Part shown: piece by piece, positions 43,105 through 51,577 of the stretch
Layout: each line of letters opens with the position of its first letter
Position numbering within the stretch: the stretch's first letter is position 1
Origin: an uncultured Gammaproteobacteria bacterium
Lineage (GTDB): Bacteria > Pseudomonadota > Gammaproteobacteria > Chromatiales > Chromatiaceae
Direction of reading: 5' to 3'
DNA: 64,000 nucleotides
NCBI GenBank assembly: GCA_963753615.1
Contig: CAVWCW010000029.1
Coordinates: 1,418 to 65,417 of the forward strand
The notes under the pieces: generated by a model
Told to the model about the DNA's origin: nothing
The model's input: the letters and a program-made list of their open reading frames with translations, nothing else
Databases searched by the model: none
Program-made: the position numbers and the translations under genes

Positions 43105-43755
43105 ATGGGAAAACTGAGCATATTGCTCGCGGAGGATCACTCGATACTCCGGGAAGGTTTGAAGTCACTGTTGTCGGCTCAACCGGATATCGAAATCGCG
43201 GGCGAAGCGGAAGATGGCCAGAAGGCCATCCAGCAAGCCAACGCTTTACAGCCGAATCTGGTTTTGATCGATTTGACGATGCCCCGGATGAATGGGACCG
43301 ACGCCATCCGGGCAATCAAGCGGCGCAACCCGGAGATGTGCATCATCGTGCTGACCGTACATAAGGCCGCAGAGTACGTGCGAGCCTCGCTCGAGGCCGG
43401 CGCAAGCGGTTACGTACTGAAGGACGACACCCACCAGGAACTGCTCACTGCGATACGCACCGTCGTCGCTGGTCGAACCTACTTAAGCCCGGGCATATGC
43501 GATCAGGTCGTAAGCGGCTTCCTGGGCCGGGCTACCGTTTCCGAAACGGAAGTCCCCTGGGACACCCTGACGGATCGGGAGAAATCGGTTATCAAGTTGG
43601 TTGCCGAGGGCTACAAGAACCGAGAGATCGCAGAATTCCTTTCTGTCAGTATCAAGACGGTTGAAAAACACCGATCCAACCTGATGAAAAAGCTCGATCT
43701 TCACAATGCCTCGGCCCTGACGGCCTACGCGATACAAAACGGTTTAGTCGGGTAA
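43105..43755 (+). CDS. NarL/LuxR-family response regulator
   Basis: REC domain: ILLAEDHSILREGL...LVLIDLTMPRMNGTDAIRAIK...IIVLTVH. LuxR HTH: LTDREKSVIKLVAEGYKNREIAEFLSVSIKTVEKHR. I chose the ATG at 43105, preceded by GAGGCGGGG. Confidence 0.9.
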   Translation: MGKLSILLAEDHSILREGLKSLLSAQPDIEIAGEAEDGQKAIQQANALQPNLVLIDLTMPRMNGTDAIRAIKRRNPEMCIIVLTVHKAAEYVRASLEAGASGYVLKDDTHQELLTAIRTVVAGRTYLSPGICDQVVSGFLGRATVSETEVPWDTLTDREKSVIKLVAEGYKNREIAEFLSVSIKTVEKHRSNLMKKLDLHNASALTAYAIQNGLVG

Positions 43756-43901
43756 TTATCCGAATATGCTGACGAAATGCGGGACCTTGTCGTATCCGGT
43801 CATTTTTCGCGCAGTTCTTGGATAAAGGGTAACCGCCTAGCGTATCGGGCCGAGAGCGGAAACTTGCGTCGACAGGGTGCCTTGCCAGCATGTAGTCGAA
43901 C

Positions 43902-43953
43902 GCGGCTGGTGGGGTCGTCAGCCTGGCGCCTTACGCTGTTCCAGCCGCTTTTT
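43902..43953 (+). terminator. Possible intrinsic terminator after the NarL-type regulator
   Basis: GCGGCTGG (43902-43909) pairs with CCAGCCGC (43941-43948) and is followed by TTTTT (43949-43953). The 31-nt interior is long but can partly self-pair. Confidence 0.35.
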
Positions 43954-43984
43954 GTTCCCTGCCCCAAATCCAACCAAAGTCGAA

Positions 43985-46141
43985 CTAGTCGAGCCCCGAG
44001 TCTTCCGGGGCATCTCGGAGCGGCCAATCCGCCCGGATGATCGTCCCCCTCCCGGGACGGCTTTTCACCGACAGTCCGCCGCCGGTCAGTTGCGCCCTCT
44101 GTTTCATGCTGCGCAGTCCGAATCCCGGCTCCGAAGCGCTTCTACGATGCGTAACGAACCCTGCCCCGTCGTCCTTTATCGTCAACTTGATCGAGCCTTT
44201 ACCCCGCCTCAGCGCCAGGTCTATCCGTTGCGCCCGGGCGTGTTTGCCGATGTTGTTGAACGCCTCCTGCAGGATGCGGAAGGCCGCAATTTTCTGTTCC
44301 GCGTTCAACTCCTGTTCTTCAAACTTGACCCGTTTCGTGATCTCGATCTCCGGCAATACTTTCCGATATTCCCGGCAAAACCAATCGATCGTTGAAACCA
44401 GCCCGAGATCCTCGAGCATGGCCGGGTGCAGATCCATGGAGATCCGCCTGACCTCCTCGGTCGCATGGCGGGTCATGGAGATCAGACTCTTGAAATTCTG
44501 CTGCTGGCGCTCGACCAACTCGCCATCCAAGCCCTTGACCACGTTCTCTATACCCAGTTTGATCACGCTGAGGATCTGCCCAATGCCGTCGTGTAGCTCA
44601 CTGGCGATGCGCAGCCGCTCCGCTTCCTGGGCAGAAACCAGTTCGGCGGAGAGCCTCTGCTGCTCCCGCTCCGATTCCCGGAGGTCCAAATCACCCTCGA
44701 CCTGGGCGGTGATGTCCATGAGATTGCCGAGAATCATGTTTTCTTCTTGCCACCGAATCGGCGCATTGCTCATTTGCAGCCAGACCTGGCTACCGTCTTT
44801 GCACCGCCCTCGCACCACCTGCTCGTGGAAAACTATGCTCGCGGCGGAATCACCGGCGCCAGACAGTTCGGGAGCCTCCGGAAACCCCCCAAACGACAGC
44901 AGCGACCGAATGTCCCGATCTTCTAGCTCCGGGCTGGAATATCCGAACATCTCGGCGAAGCGCCGATTGGCGAACCGGATCCGATCGTCGTGCACCAGGT
45001 AGATGCCGATCAAGGTGCTTTCGACCAGACAGGCATACTTCTCTTGCGCCGCCCGCAGCAACGACTTGTCGCGCAGGTGCTCCTCTAATTGCTCCCCGAG
45101 TCGGCGATTGACGCTTGAAAGCGTCTCTGTCTTCTCGTCAACCTGACGCTTGAGTTCTTGGTTGAAAAACTGGAGCGTACGCTCTGCCTGCCGCCGCTCC
45201 GAAACATCGTCGACCACGACAAAGGCGTGCCCCCTGGCTGCCGCTGCGGGGCCTTGCGATCGGTTGCGGGTCAGCGAAAATTCGAGTTCGGCTCCGGTGA
45301 GGGGGTCGCGAATCTCCATCATGGCGAAACCGTCGGTATTCATCCGCGCCCACAACTGCTTCCACTGCGCCGCCACCACGCATTCCGCCGACCGGCACTC
45401 CGGGTGCAGCAGATCATGCAGGCACAGCCCAGTGGACGTTCGCACCGACCCGAGAGACCATTTCTCCACCGCTCGATTTATGCGGGAAATCCTGCCGGAT
45501 TGGTCGAGCACCGCGGTCAGCTGCGGCAGGGCATCGACCGTAGACTCCCAATGCTTCTTGGCCTCCAACACCTGCCGCTGGACGGCTGCCTTTTCCGCTT
45601 CGGAACGGATTCTATCCAGTGCGGCGACCAGGATTCCGGCCAAGGCCCGAAAGATCTGAATTGACTCGGGCTCAAGATTCTGCGGGGACTCTGACCCAAG
45701 CAGGATTCGCAGATACCCGCCACCTCCACAGGTGAGCGTTAGCAACGCCGCGTCCATGCCATACACCTCGAGCGATGGCGACAACAGTCTGATTTCCTTC
45801 GGTTCCAGAGTTGCCTCTTCTGCCCCGCCCGTTTCCGCACTGGTGAACCGACGATCCCATAACCAGGCTTCGGTTCGCCTAACCGCCTGCTCGGGTGTGA
45901 TTCGGGTCCAGCCAGGACCCGTAGCCGAATACTCCGATTTCAGATCGGAGTCGGTGAACCACACCAAGATGCATTCGGCTGCATCATTCTCGCTCAGCAA
46001 CTCGGAAAGCGCGGCAAAAAACTCTTCGACATTAGCGCCACGCGCCGCCAGGCCAGCCACATCGGCCAACAGCGAAAGCTGGGGGGAGCCGAACTCGACG
46101 TTATCGGCACTCATTCGGACATTTGTTGTCGCAAGCCTCAT
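43985..46141 (-). CDS. Cytoplasmic multi-PAS/GAF sensor histidine kinase, HisKA_3 type
   Basis: H-box AQEAERLRIASELHDGIGQILSVIKL; HATPase motifs ILQEAFNNIGKHA, KDDGAGF and GFGLRSMKQRAQLTGG. PAS-like blocks are upstream. No TM segments are evident. Confidence 0.9.
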   Translation of the reverse strand: MRLATTNVRMSADNVEFGSPQLSLLADVAGLAARGANVEEFFAALSELLSENDAAECILVWFTDSDLKSEYSATGPGWTRITPEQAVRRTEAWLWDRRFTSAETGGAEEATLEPKEIRLLSPSLEVYGMDAALLTLTCGGGGYLRILLGSESPQNLEPESIQIFRALAGILVAALDRIRSEAEKAAVQRQVLEAKKHWESTVDALPQLTAVLDQSGRISRINRAVEKWSLGSVRTSTGLCLHDLLHPECRSAECVVAAQWKQLWARMNTDGFAMMEIRDPLTGAELEFSLTRNRSQGPAAAARGHAFVVVDDVSERRQAERTLQFFNQELKRQVDEKTETLSSVNRRLGEQLEEHLRDKSLLRAAQEKYACLVESTLIGIYLVHDDRIRFANRRFAEMFGYSSPELEDRDIRSLLSFGGFPEAPELSGAGDSAASIVFHEQVVRGRCKDGSQVWLQMSNAPIRWQEENMILGNLMDITAQVEGDLDLRESEREQQRLSAELVSAQEAERLRIASELHDGIGQILSVIKLGIENVVKGLDGELVERQQQNFKSLISMTRHATEEVRRISMDLHPAMLEDLGLVSTIDWFCREYRKVLPEIEITKRVKFEEQELNAEQKIAAFRILQEAFNNIGKHARAQRIDLALRRGKGSIKLTIKDDGAGFVTHRRSASEPGFGLRSMKQRAQLTGGGLSVKSRPGRGTIIRADWPLRDAPEDSGLD

Positions 46142-46781
46142 TTTCCGACCACCTAGTGTACGAACTTGTGTGCGGTGCAGCCAGACCCGAAGGTGAGCCG
46201 TCCGCCACCCACCCCGCCGGAAGAGGCAGCATGGCCAGATTGTCTGGGCGCGGAACCCCCGTTGGCAACCGCGATTGGATCAGCTGGGAAACTCCATTTT
46301 TAGATCCAATACTATTGTTGCCCGTCGCGCCTTAGTCAAGCGCCCCCGGCTTTCGCGCCCCCGCCTTACCAGCGACCAGCGCAGGAAAAAACAGTTTGAA
46401 CCAGCTCTGTCATAAGACCGGGAAGACAACTTCCAGTTCGCAGCAGCGACTTAGAATTGCGTTTGGAGGCCGACCACCAGAAACACAGCGGATTCCATGA
46501 AGCTCACCACGCTGCCATGAAAAACAATGCGTTAACAATCTCTACCGGACTTCGTTCAGCATCGGAAGCGGATGCTGAAACGTATCAGTTAGCTGTATCT
46601 TCGTTAGTTTCTCGCCAACATTAACGACTGGCGACGAACCCTTTTTCCGCACCAAACTCGCAGGGAGACGGTGCTTCTTCACTGCATGTTAACTTTCGTA
46701 AATGCCCGCAACCACCAACCCGGACCCTGCCGAAGCCCCACTCAGCGAGTCTCCGGCCGACCAGCCCGCCGCCGGTCCACC

Positions 46782-48293
46782 TCACCGCTCTCCAGCCTCC
46801 AGCGAGACAGGGCCGGCGAACTCGAAAGTCCGGAAAACGGACAGCTGCGCCCCATGCTGCCAAGCATCCGAAGGAAGACCGGCCTTCGTCGCCAAGGCGT
46901 CGAGCGTCTGCTCCCGGTCCCAGCCGGCCAGGGTCGGGACCTGGGGCAGGAATACGGCGCGCTTGCCGTCTCGCTGCAACACGATCCCATCGAGCCCAGG
47001 GGTATAATCCTGGGGCGATGCGATGGGCTTCGGCACCGTCAACACGCTGACCTCCAAATCCAACCGCCCCAACTCCTCGGCGCCCACCGGACGGAAACGC
47101 CAGTCGTGGCGGGCGGCATTGACGCCGTTACGGATCACCGCCTCGAATAGAGGAAATTCCGGCTCCACAAATCCCTGGCAGCCCCTCAGCCGGCCCTGCT
47201 CGCGCAGGGTAACGAAGGCGCCCCCGGGCCGGCGCAGGGTTTCGGGCAGGCCGTCCACCAGGGCCTGGAGGCCATCCAAGGCGCCGTTTCCGGGGTCGGC
47301 GCTCTCGCGCACCGCGTAGCCGGCCAGGCGGTGCAGATACTCCAAATGCTCCGGGGCCACACTCTGCTCGTCGGGGTCGAAGAAGCCAATGCCCAGATAG
47401 CTCACCGAGTGCCGGTAGTCGCCGGACTGGGCGCCACTGGTGGCGTAGTCGAGCAGCTTGGTGCGGGTGCCGGTGGGCAGCATTTCGAGCAGGATCAGGA
47501 TCGGCTCGGCGCCGCAAGCGGTGATCCCGGTGTCTTGACGGTAAGTACGGAAGGCCTCGGGATCACCGCCGGCGATGCGCTCATAGGCCCCCAGGTCGAG
47601 GGCCCGCAGGTGCTCGGCGGCCTCGGCGTCGGCGGGAAAGGGCTGGTAGCCGAAGCGCCGGCCATAGTGGGTGAAGTCGCTGGACACCAGCAGCAGGCTG
47701 AATTCGTCAAACCAAGGCCGCAGCAACTCGGCAGCGGCCGCGTGGTCACCCGCTTCCATGGTCCCGACCAGGATCGGTACCAAGCGCCAGCCCGGGGCCA
47801 GGCTGCGCTGCAGGAAAGGCAGCTGGATCTCGATTGCGTGCTCCCCCTGGTGGGCTTCGTCCTCGGCCCCCACCAGGGGCGAGCGGCGCAGCGCCCGCAC
47901 CGCCTCCCGGTCGAGGGGGACGTCGCCCAGGGGCGTCCGGTAGGCGCCGACCGCGGCGATGGACAAACCCCGGAAGCCACCCTTGTGGGCCGGCGCCAGC
48001 ACCAACACCCGCCGGAATTGTCGGCCCTGCAGCAGGCGGTAGCCCACCGCGGCGCTGGGGCCGCTGTATCGGTAGCCCGCATGGGGGCTGATCAGGGCAC
48101 GAAGGCGACCGCTCACGGCGGGGGGCTCGGCCTCGGCCAGCAATTGATCGATCGACTCGCTCAAGACCGCCGGCTCGCCCGGGTACCAGCTGCCGGCGAT
48201 TCCCGCCGGCTTCACGGGCAATTCGCCGGCCGGGGAGGGACCGAGCCAGGCCGCCAGCAACAGGGCGGGCAGGAGAGACAGCCGGGTGGTCAT
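46782..48293 (-). CDS. AmmeMemoRadiSam system protein B (Memo-like) fused to protein A (AMMECR1 domain), with an N-terminal signal-peptide-like leader
   Basis: The leader is MTTRLSLLPALLLAAWLGPSPAG. The Memo part has GSWYPG and ISPHAGYRYSG. The AMMECR1 part has GGAFVTLREQGRLRGCQGF. The start overlaps the radical SAM gene stop (ATGA). Confidence 0.9.
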   Translation of the reverse strand: MTTRLSLLPALLLAAWLGPSPAGELPVKPAGIAGSWYPGEPAVLSESIDQLLAEAEPPAVSGRLRALISPHAGYRYSGPSAAVGYRLLQGRQFRRVLVLAPAHKGGFRGLSIAAVGAYRTPLGDVPLDREAVRALRRSPLVGAEDEAHQGEHAIEIQLPFLQRSLAPGWRLVPILVGTMEAGDHAAAAELLRPWFDEFSLLLVSSDFTHYGRRFGYQPFPADAEAAEHLRALDLGAYERIAGGDPEAFRTYRQDTGITACGAEPILILLEMLPTGTRTKLLDYATSGAQSGDYRHSVSYLGIGFFDPDEQSVAPEHLEYLHRLAGYAVRESADPGNGALDGLQALVDGLPETLRRPGGAFVTLREQGRLRGCQGFVEPEFPLFEAVIRNGVNAARHDWRFRPVGAEELGRLDLEVSVLTVPKPIASPQDYTPGLDGIVLQRDGKRAVFLPQVPTLAGWDREQTLDALATKAGLPSDAWQHGAQLSVFRTFEFAGPVSLEAGER

Positions 48294-49270
48294 TGCCAGA
48301 CTCCTGGTATCGGGTCATTGCACTGGGGGCAGCGCCCGTCCGGGGTCAAGCGGCGTTCCAATACACGGTAGCCGATGCGCCGCAGCAGCGGAGTGCCGTC
48401 GCGGGGGCAGTAGGTGGTCTCCGCCTCGTGGCCGAACAGGTTGCCGATATAGACGTGCTCCAGGCCGGCGTCGAGGGCCTCGGCACGCGCCCGCTCCAGG
48501 GTCTCGACCGGGGTTGGCGGCAGGTTGCGCATACGGTACATGGGCTGGAAGCGGCTGAAGTGCAGGGGCGTACCAGCCCCCAACTCGCGCCGGATCCACT
48601 CCGCCATGCGCCGCACCAGGGCCATGTCGTCATTCAGACTGGGGATCAGCAGGTTGGTCAGCTCGAGCCAGATGCCGGCGCTACGCATGGCCACCAGACT
48701 GTCGAGCACCGGCTGCAGGCGCGCCCCGCAGACCTCCTGGTAGAAGCGGTCGTCGAACGCCTTGAGGTCGGTGTTGCTGGCGTCCACCCAGCGGCATAGT
48801 TGGCGCAGGGGCTCCGGGTTGATGTAGCCGGCGGTCACCAGCACATTGCTCAGTCCCGTCTCCCGGGCCAGTTCGGCGCTGTCGCGCACGTATTCATAGA
48901 ACACCACCGGGTCGGAATAGGTGTAGGCGATGGCTTGGCAGTCGCGCTCCCGGGCGGCCCGCACCAAGTCTTCGGGCAGGGCCTGGTGGATCTGCTCCAT
49001 TTCCTCGCCACCGCGTTGGGACAACTGCCAATTCTGGCAGTTGCGACAATGCAGGTTGCAGCCGGCGGTGCCGATGGAAAGCACCGAGCTGCCGGGACGG
49101 AAGTGGTACAGGGGTTTCTTTTCCATCGGGTCTATATGGATCGCCGACGGACGCCCGTAGGTGGTGGCCCGGAGCCGGCCTTCGATATTGACCCGAATCC
49201 GGCAGTCCCCTGCCCCGCCTTCGGGGATCACGCAATAGCGCGGACAGAGTTCGCAGCGGACCTCACGCAT
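48290..49270 (-). CDS. AmmeMemoRadiSam system radical SAM enzyme
   Basis: MREVRCELCPRYCVIPEGGAGDCRIR is an N-terminal Cys cluster. GCNLHCRNCQNW is the CxxxCxxC radical SAM site. The C-terminus has a CPRDG...CPQC cluster. The ATG is at 49270. Confidence 0.9.
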   Translation of the reverse strand: MREVRCELCPRYCVIPEGGAGDCRIRVNIEGRLRATTYGRPSAIHIDPMEKKPLYHFRPGSSVLSIGTAGCNLHCRNCQNWQLSQRGGEEMEQIHQALPEDLVRAARERDCQAIAYTYSDPVVFYEYVRDSAELARETGLSNVLVTAGYINPEPLRQLCRWVDASNTDLKAFDDRFYQEVCGARLQPVLDSLVAMRSAGIWLELTNLLIPSLNDDMALVRRMAEWIRRELGAGTPLHFSRFQPMYRMRNLPPTPVETLERARAEALDAGLEHVYIGNLFGHEAETTYCPRDGTPLLRRIGYRVLERRLTPDGRCPQCNDPIPGVWQ

Positions 49271-49284
49271 CGTTCGCACCCAGC

Positions 49285-49512
49285 TCAGGGACGCTCCAGG
49301 GGCCGGTACCACTCGGCCTCGCGGTTGCTCAGTTCCCCGGCGCGCAGGCGAGTCAGTACCGCCTGGGTGTCGATACGGCGCCAACCTCCTGTCTCCTGCC
49401 CCACCTGCTGCAACCCAGCCCCCAGGTGGCCGGCGATGACGAACAGGTTGGCCAGCACCAAGGCCAACAGCTGGAACTCGCGCCAGCGCAGGTGTCGCAG
49501 CCAGGGTTTCAT
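49285..49512 (-). CDS. Small hypothetical protein (one TM helix), just upstream of the radical SAM gene
   Basis: 75-aa ORF with strongly GC3-biased codons. It has the hydrophobic segment FQLLALVLANLFVIAGHLGAGL. Its stop lies 12 nt before the radical SAM start. Confidence 0.4.
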   Translation of the reverse strand: MKPWLRHLRWREFQLLALVLANLFVIAGHLGAGLQQVGQETGGWRRIDTQAVLTRLRAGELSNREAEWYRPLERP

Positions 49513-49554
49513 ACTGTCTAGTATAGCGACCGCAGACCGCTGAGCGGCACAGGA

Positions 49555-49899
49555 TCAGCTCGGCAGCAGGATCACGCGGGTCTCGGCGCTCTCGCGGTCG
49601 ATCTCCAGCTGCAACTCACAGTATTCGCTGGTGGTATCGATGGGGGTCGGGTCGTCGGCGCAATTGCAGCCGGCGATCACCCCCTGGTAGAACACCCCGA
49701 CCTTGGCGCGGATTGCCCCGGGCGCCTCTGCCACGCCCAGCAGCATCACGCCGAGATTGCCGTCCTGGGCGTAGCTGCCGCTGGCCAGGCCCTGCTGCAG
49801 CGGCAGATCGTCGGCGCCCAAGCCGGCCAGCTCCTGTTTGAGTTGGTCCGCAAAGGCTGGTGTGCCCCAGGCGGCGAGTGTCAAGGGGAGTCGAATCAT
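49555..49899 (-). CDS. Hypothetical protein (114 aa)
   Basis: Clean ORF with GC3 bias, on the same strand and upstream of the AmmeMemoRadiSam genes. It contains a GCNCADDP motif. No family recognised. Confidence 0.55.
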   Translation of the reverse strand: MIRLPLTLAAWGTPAFADQLKQELAGLGADDLPLQQGLASGSYAQDGNLGVMLLGVAEAPGAIRAKVGVFYQGVIAGCNCADDPTPIDTTSEYCELQLEIDRESAETRVILLPS

Positions 49900-49959
49900 C
49901 TCAAAGCTCGTGCGGGGAACCCAGGTCTATCTTCGAGTCCCTGAACCGCCGGGTCAAAC

Positions 49960-50580
49960 CTATTCCCGCCAGTATTCTGGACGGTCCAGGGCACGGGCGC
50001 AGATCACCGAGCCCTGACAGGCCCCGATCACCCCCGGGCGCAGTTCCTGCACCATCCAGGCATCCGCATGCTCCGGGGGGATCGGATAGGGGGCGGTAAA
50101 ACCGAGCACCCCCGCCGGCCGGAAACCGTGGCGGGTGTAGTATTCGGGGTGGCCGAGCACGAATACCAGATCGACCCCGGCGGCCAGGCCACTTAGTCCG
50201 GCCGCGATTAACCGACCGCCTATGCCTTGACGCTGGGCCGACGGCGCCACCGCCAGCGGGGCCAGCAGGGCGGCGGACCAGGGAACCCGGGGCTCCAAGC
50301 CAGCCCGAGAAAACAGGATGTGACCCAAGGCGCGCTCGCCGCGCAGCGCAATTAGCGATAGCACCGGTTGGGCGCTCGGGTCGGCGAGCAGCGCCCGCAC
50401 CAAATCGGCCTCCGCATCGGTGCCGAAGGCAGCGCGCTCAACCGCCAATACCCGTTCCAGATCTTCATCCCTTGCCGACCTGATGTGCACCCTCCACCTC
50501 CCCCGAACCTCTTGGGTCACGACATCGGCGCTTTGGGCACAGCTGCCCGCGCCGTGACCGGCAGTATACAACTGCGCCAT
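49960..50580 (-). CDS. GNAT family N-acetyltransferase
   Basis: IRSARDEDLERVLAVERAAFG...LGHILFS...VAPSAQRQGIGGRLIAAG is the acetyl-CoA binding Q/RxxGxG/A motif. The true start may be the internal GTG at 50490. Confidence 0.8.
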   Translation of the reverse strand: MAQLYTAGHGAGSCAQSADVVTQEVRGRWRVHIRSARDEDLERVLAVERAAFGTDAEADLVRALLADPSAQPVLSLIALRGERALGHILFSRAGLEPRVPWSAALLAPLAVAPSAQRQGIGGRLIAAGLSGLAAGVDLVFVLGHPEYYTRHGFRPAGVLGFTAPYPIPPEHADAWMVQELRPGVIGACQGSVICARALDRPEYWRE

Positions 50581-50615
50581 AATGGGTACGAACCGAAACC
50601 CACCGGAACGCCCCC

Positions 50616-50903
50616 ATGCCGAAGGTCAAGCGTCTGCTCCTCGATATCCTCAAACCCCACCACCCGAATCCCCTCGAATTCGGCCGGATACTGGCGGAAC
50701 AAGGGGCCTATCGGATCCAGCTCCGGGTGTTGGAAATGGACGAAAATACCGAGAGTATGGAACTGGTGATCGAGGGCGAGAACATCGACTTCGAACGGAT
50801 CCAGTCCAGCATCGCCGAACTCGGTGGCTCCCTGCACAGCATCGACGAGGTAGAGGTGCTGGGGGAGGCGGTCGCTGGTGGGGAAGTGAAGGGAGATGGG
50901 TAA
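50616..50903 (+). CDS. DUF211 (COG1888) family protein
   Basis: VKRLLLDILKPHHPNPLEFGRILAEQG...ENTESMELVIEGENIDFERIQSSIAELGGSLHSIDEV matches the mainly archaeal DUF211 pattern (LDVLKPH...IEGxxIDFdxI...GGxIHSIDEV). Confidence 0.8.
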   Translation: MPKVKRLLLDILKPHHPNPLEFGRILAEQGAYRIQLRVLEMDENTESMELVIEGENIDFERIQSSIAELGGSLHSIDEVEVLGEAVAGGEVKGDG

Positions 50904-50994
50904 GCTGTGAGCAGCGGATGAACCGGGGAAACAGCCCGGCGCTTGGTAGAACCGCTGTGCTCGTTCCACCCTACGACTGAAAGCACAACGCCGC

Positions 50995-51576
50995 ATGCCC
51001 CTATTGCAAAAATTCCATTTCCTGCTGCACGTTTCCCGCTCCCACGGCATTGCCCGCCGCTACTTCGTGGTAAACGGCTTCGACGGCGCCCTGACCATGC
51101 TCGGCCTGACCACCGGCTTCTATTTGAGCAACGACGTAGCCCTGGACATCGTCATCGCCGCTTGCTTGGGAGCCGTCATCGCCCTCGGCATGAGCGGCCT
51201 GAGCAGCGCCTACCTGAGCGAGTCGGCGGAGCGGCGCAAGTGGCTGAGCGAGTTGCAAGGCGCCATGCTCAGCGATCTCTCCGACAGCGCCCACAGCGAT
51301 GCGGCCCGGGTGGTGCCGGTGTTCGTGGCTCTGATCAACGGGCTCGCTCCGGTGCTGATCTCGCTCCTTATCCTGCTGCCCCTGTGGCTGGCTCGGGCCG
51401 GAATGCCGCTACCGTTGGAACCTCTCCTGATCGCGATCTTAACCGCCCTTTTCTGCATCTTCGGGCTAGGTCTGTTCCTGGGTCGGGTGGGCGGCACCTC
51501 GCCCCTGGGCAGCGGCTTAAAGGCGGTGCTGATCGCCCTGGTCACGATCGTACTGGTGCGGCTGGTGGGGGGCTGA
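50995..51576 (+). CDS. VIT1/CCC1-family (TIGR00267-like) membrane protein
   Basis: RRYFVVNGFDGALTMLGLTTGF...GMSGLSSAYLSESAERRK plus C-terminal TM helices. This family is a common partner of DUF211 genes. Confidence 0.8.
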   Translation: MPLLQKFHFLLHVSRSHGIARRYFVVNGFDGALTMLGLTTGFYLSNDVALDIVIAACLGAVIALGMSGLSSAYLSESAERRKWLSELQGAMLSDLSDSAHSDAARVVPVFVALINGLAPVLISLLILLPLWLARAGMPLPLEPLLIAILTALFCIFGLGLFLGRVGGTSPLGSGLKAVLIALVTIVLVRLVGG

Positions 51577-51577
51577 G

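Noticed and set aside
46553-46640. Hairpins TTCAGCATC-ggaagcg-GATGCTGAA and TCGCCA-11nt-TGGCGA, considered as terminators of the AmmeMemoRadiSam operon
   Set aside because: On the minus strand, the operon strand, neither is followed by a T-run. The plus-strand T-run after the second hairpin has no upstream plus-strand gene to terminate.
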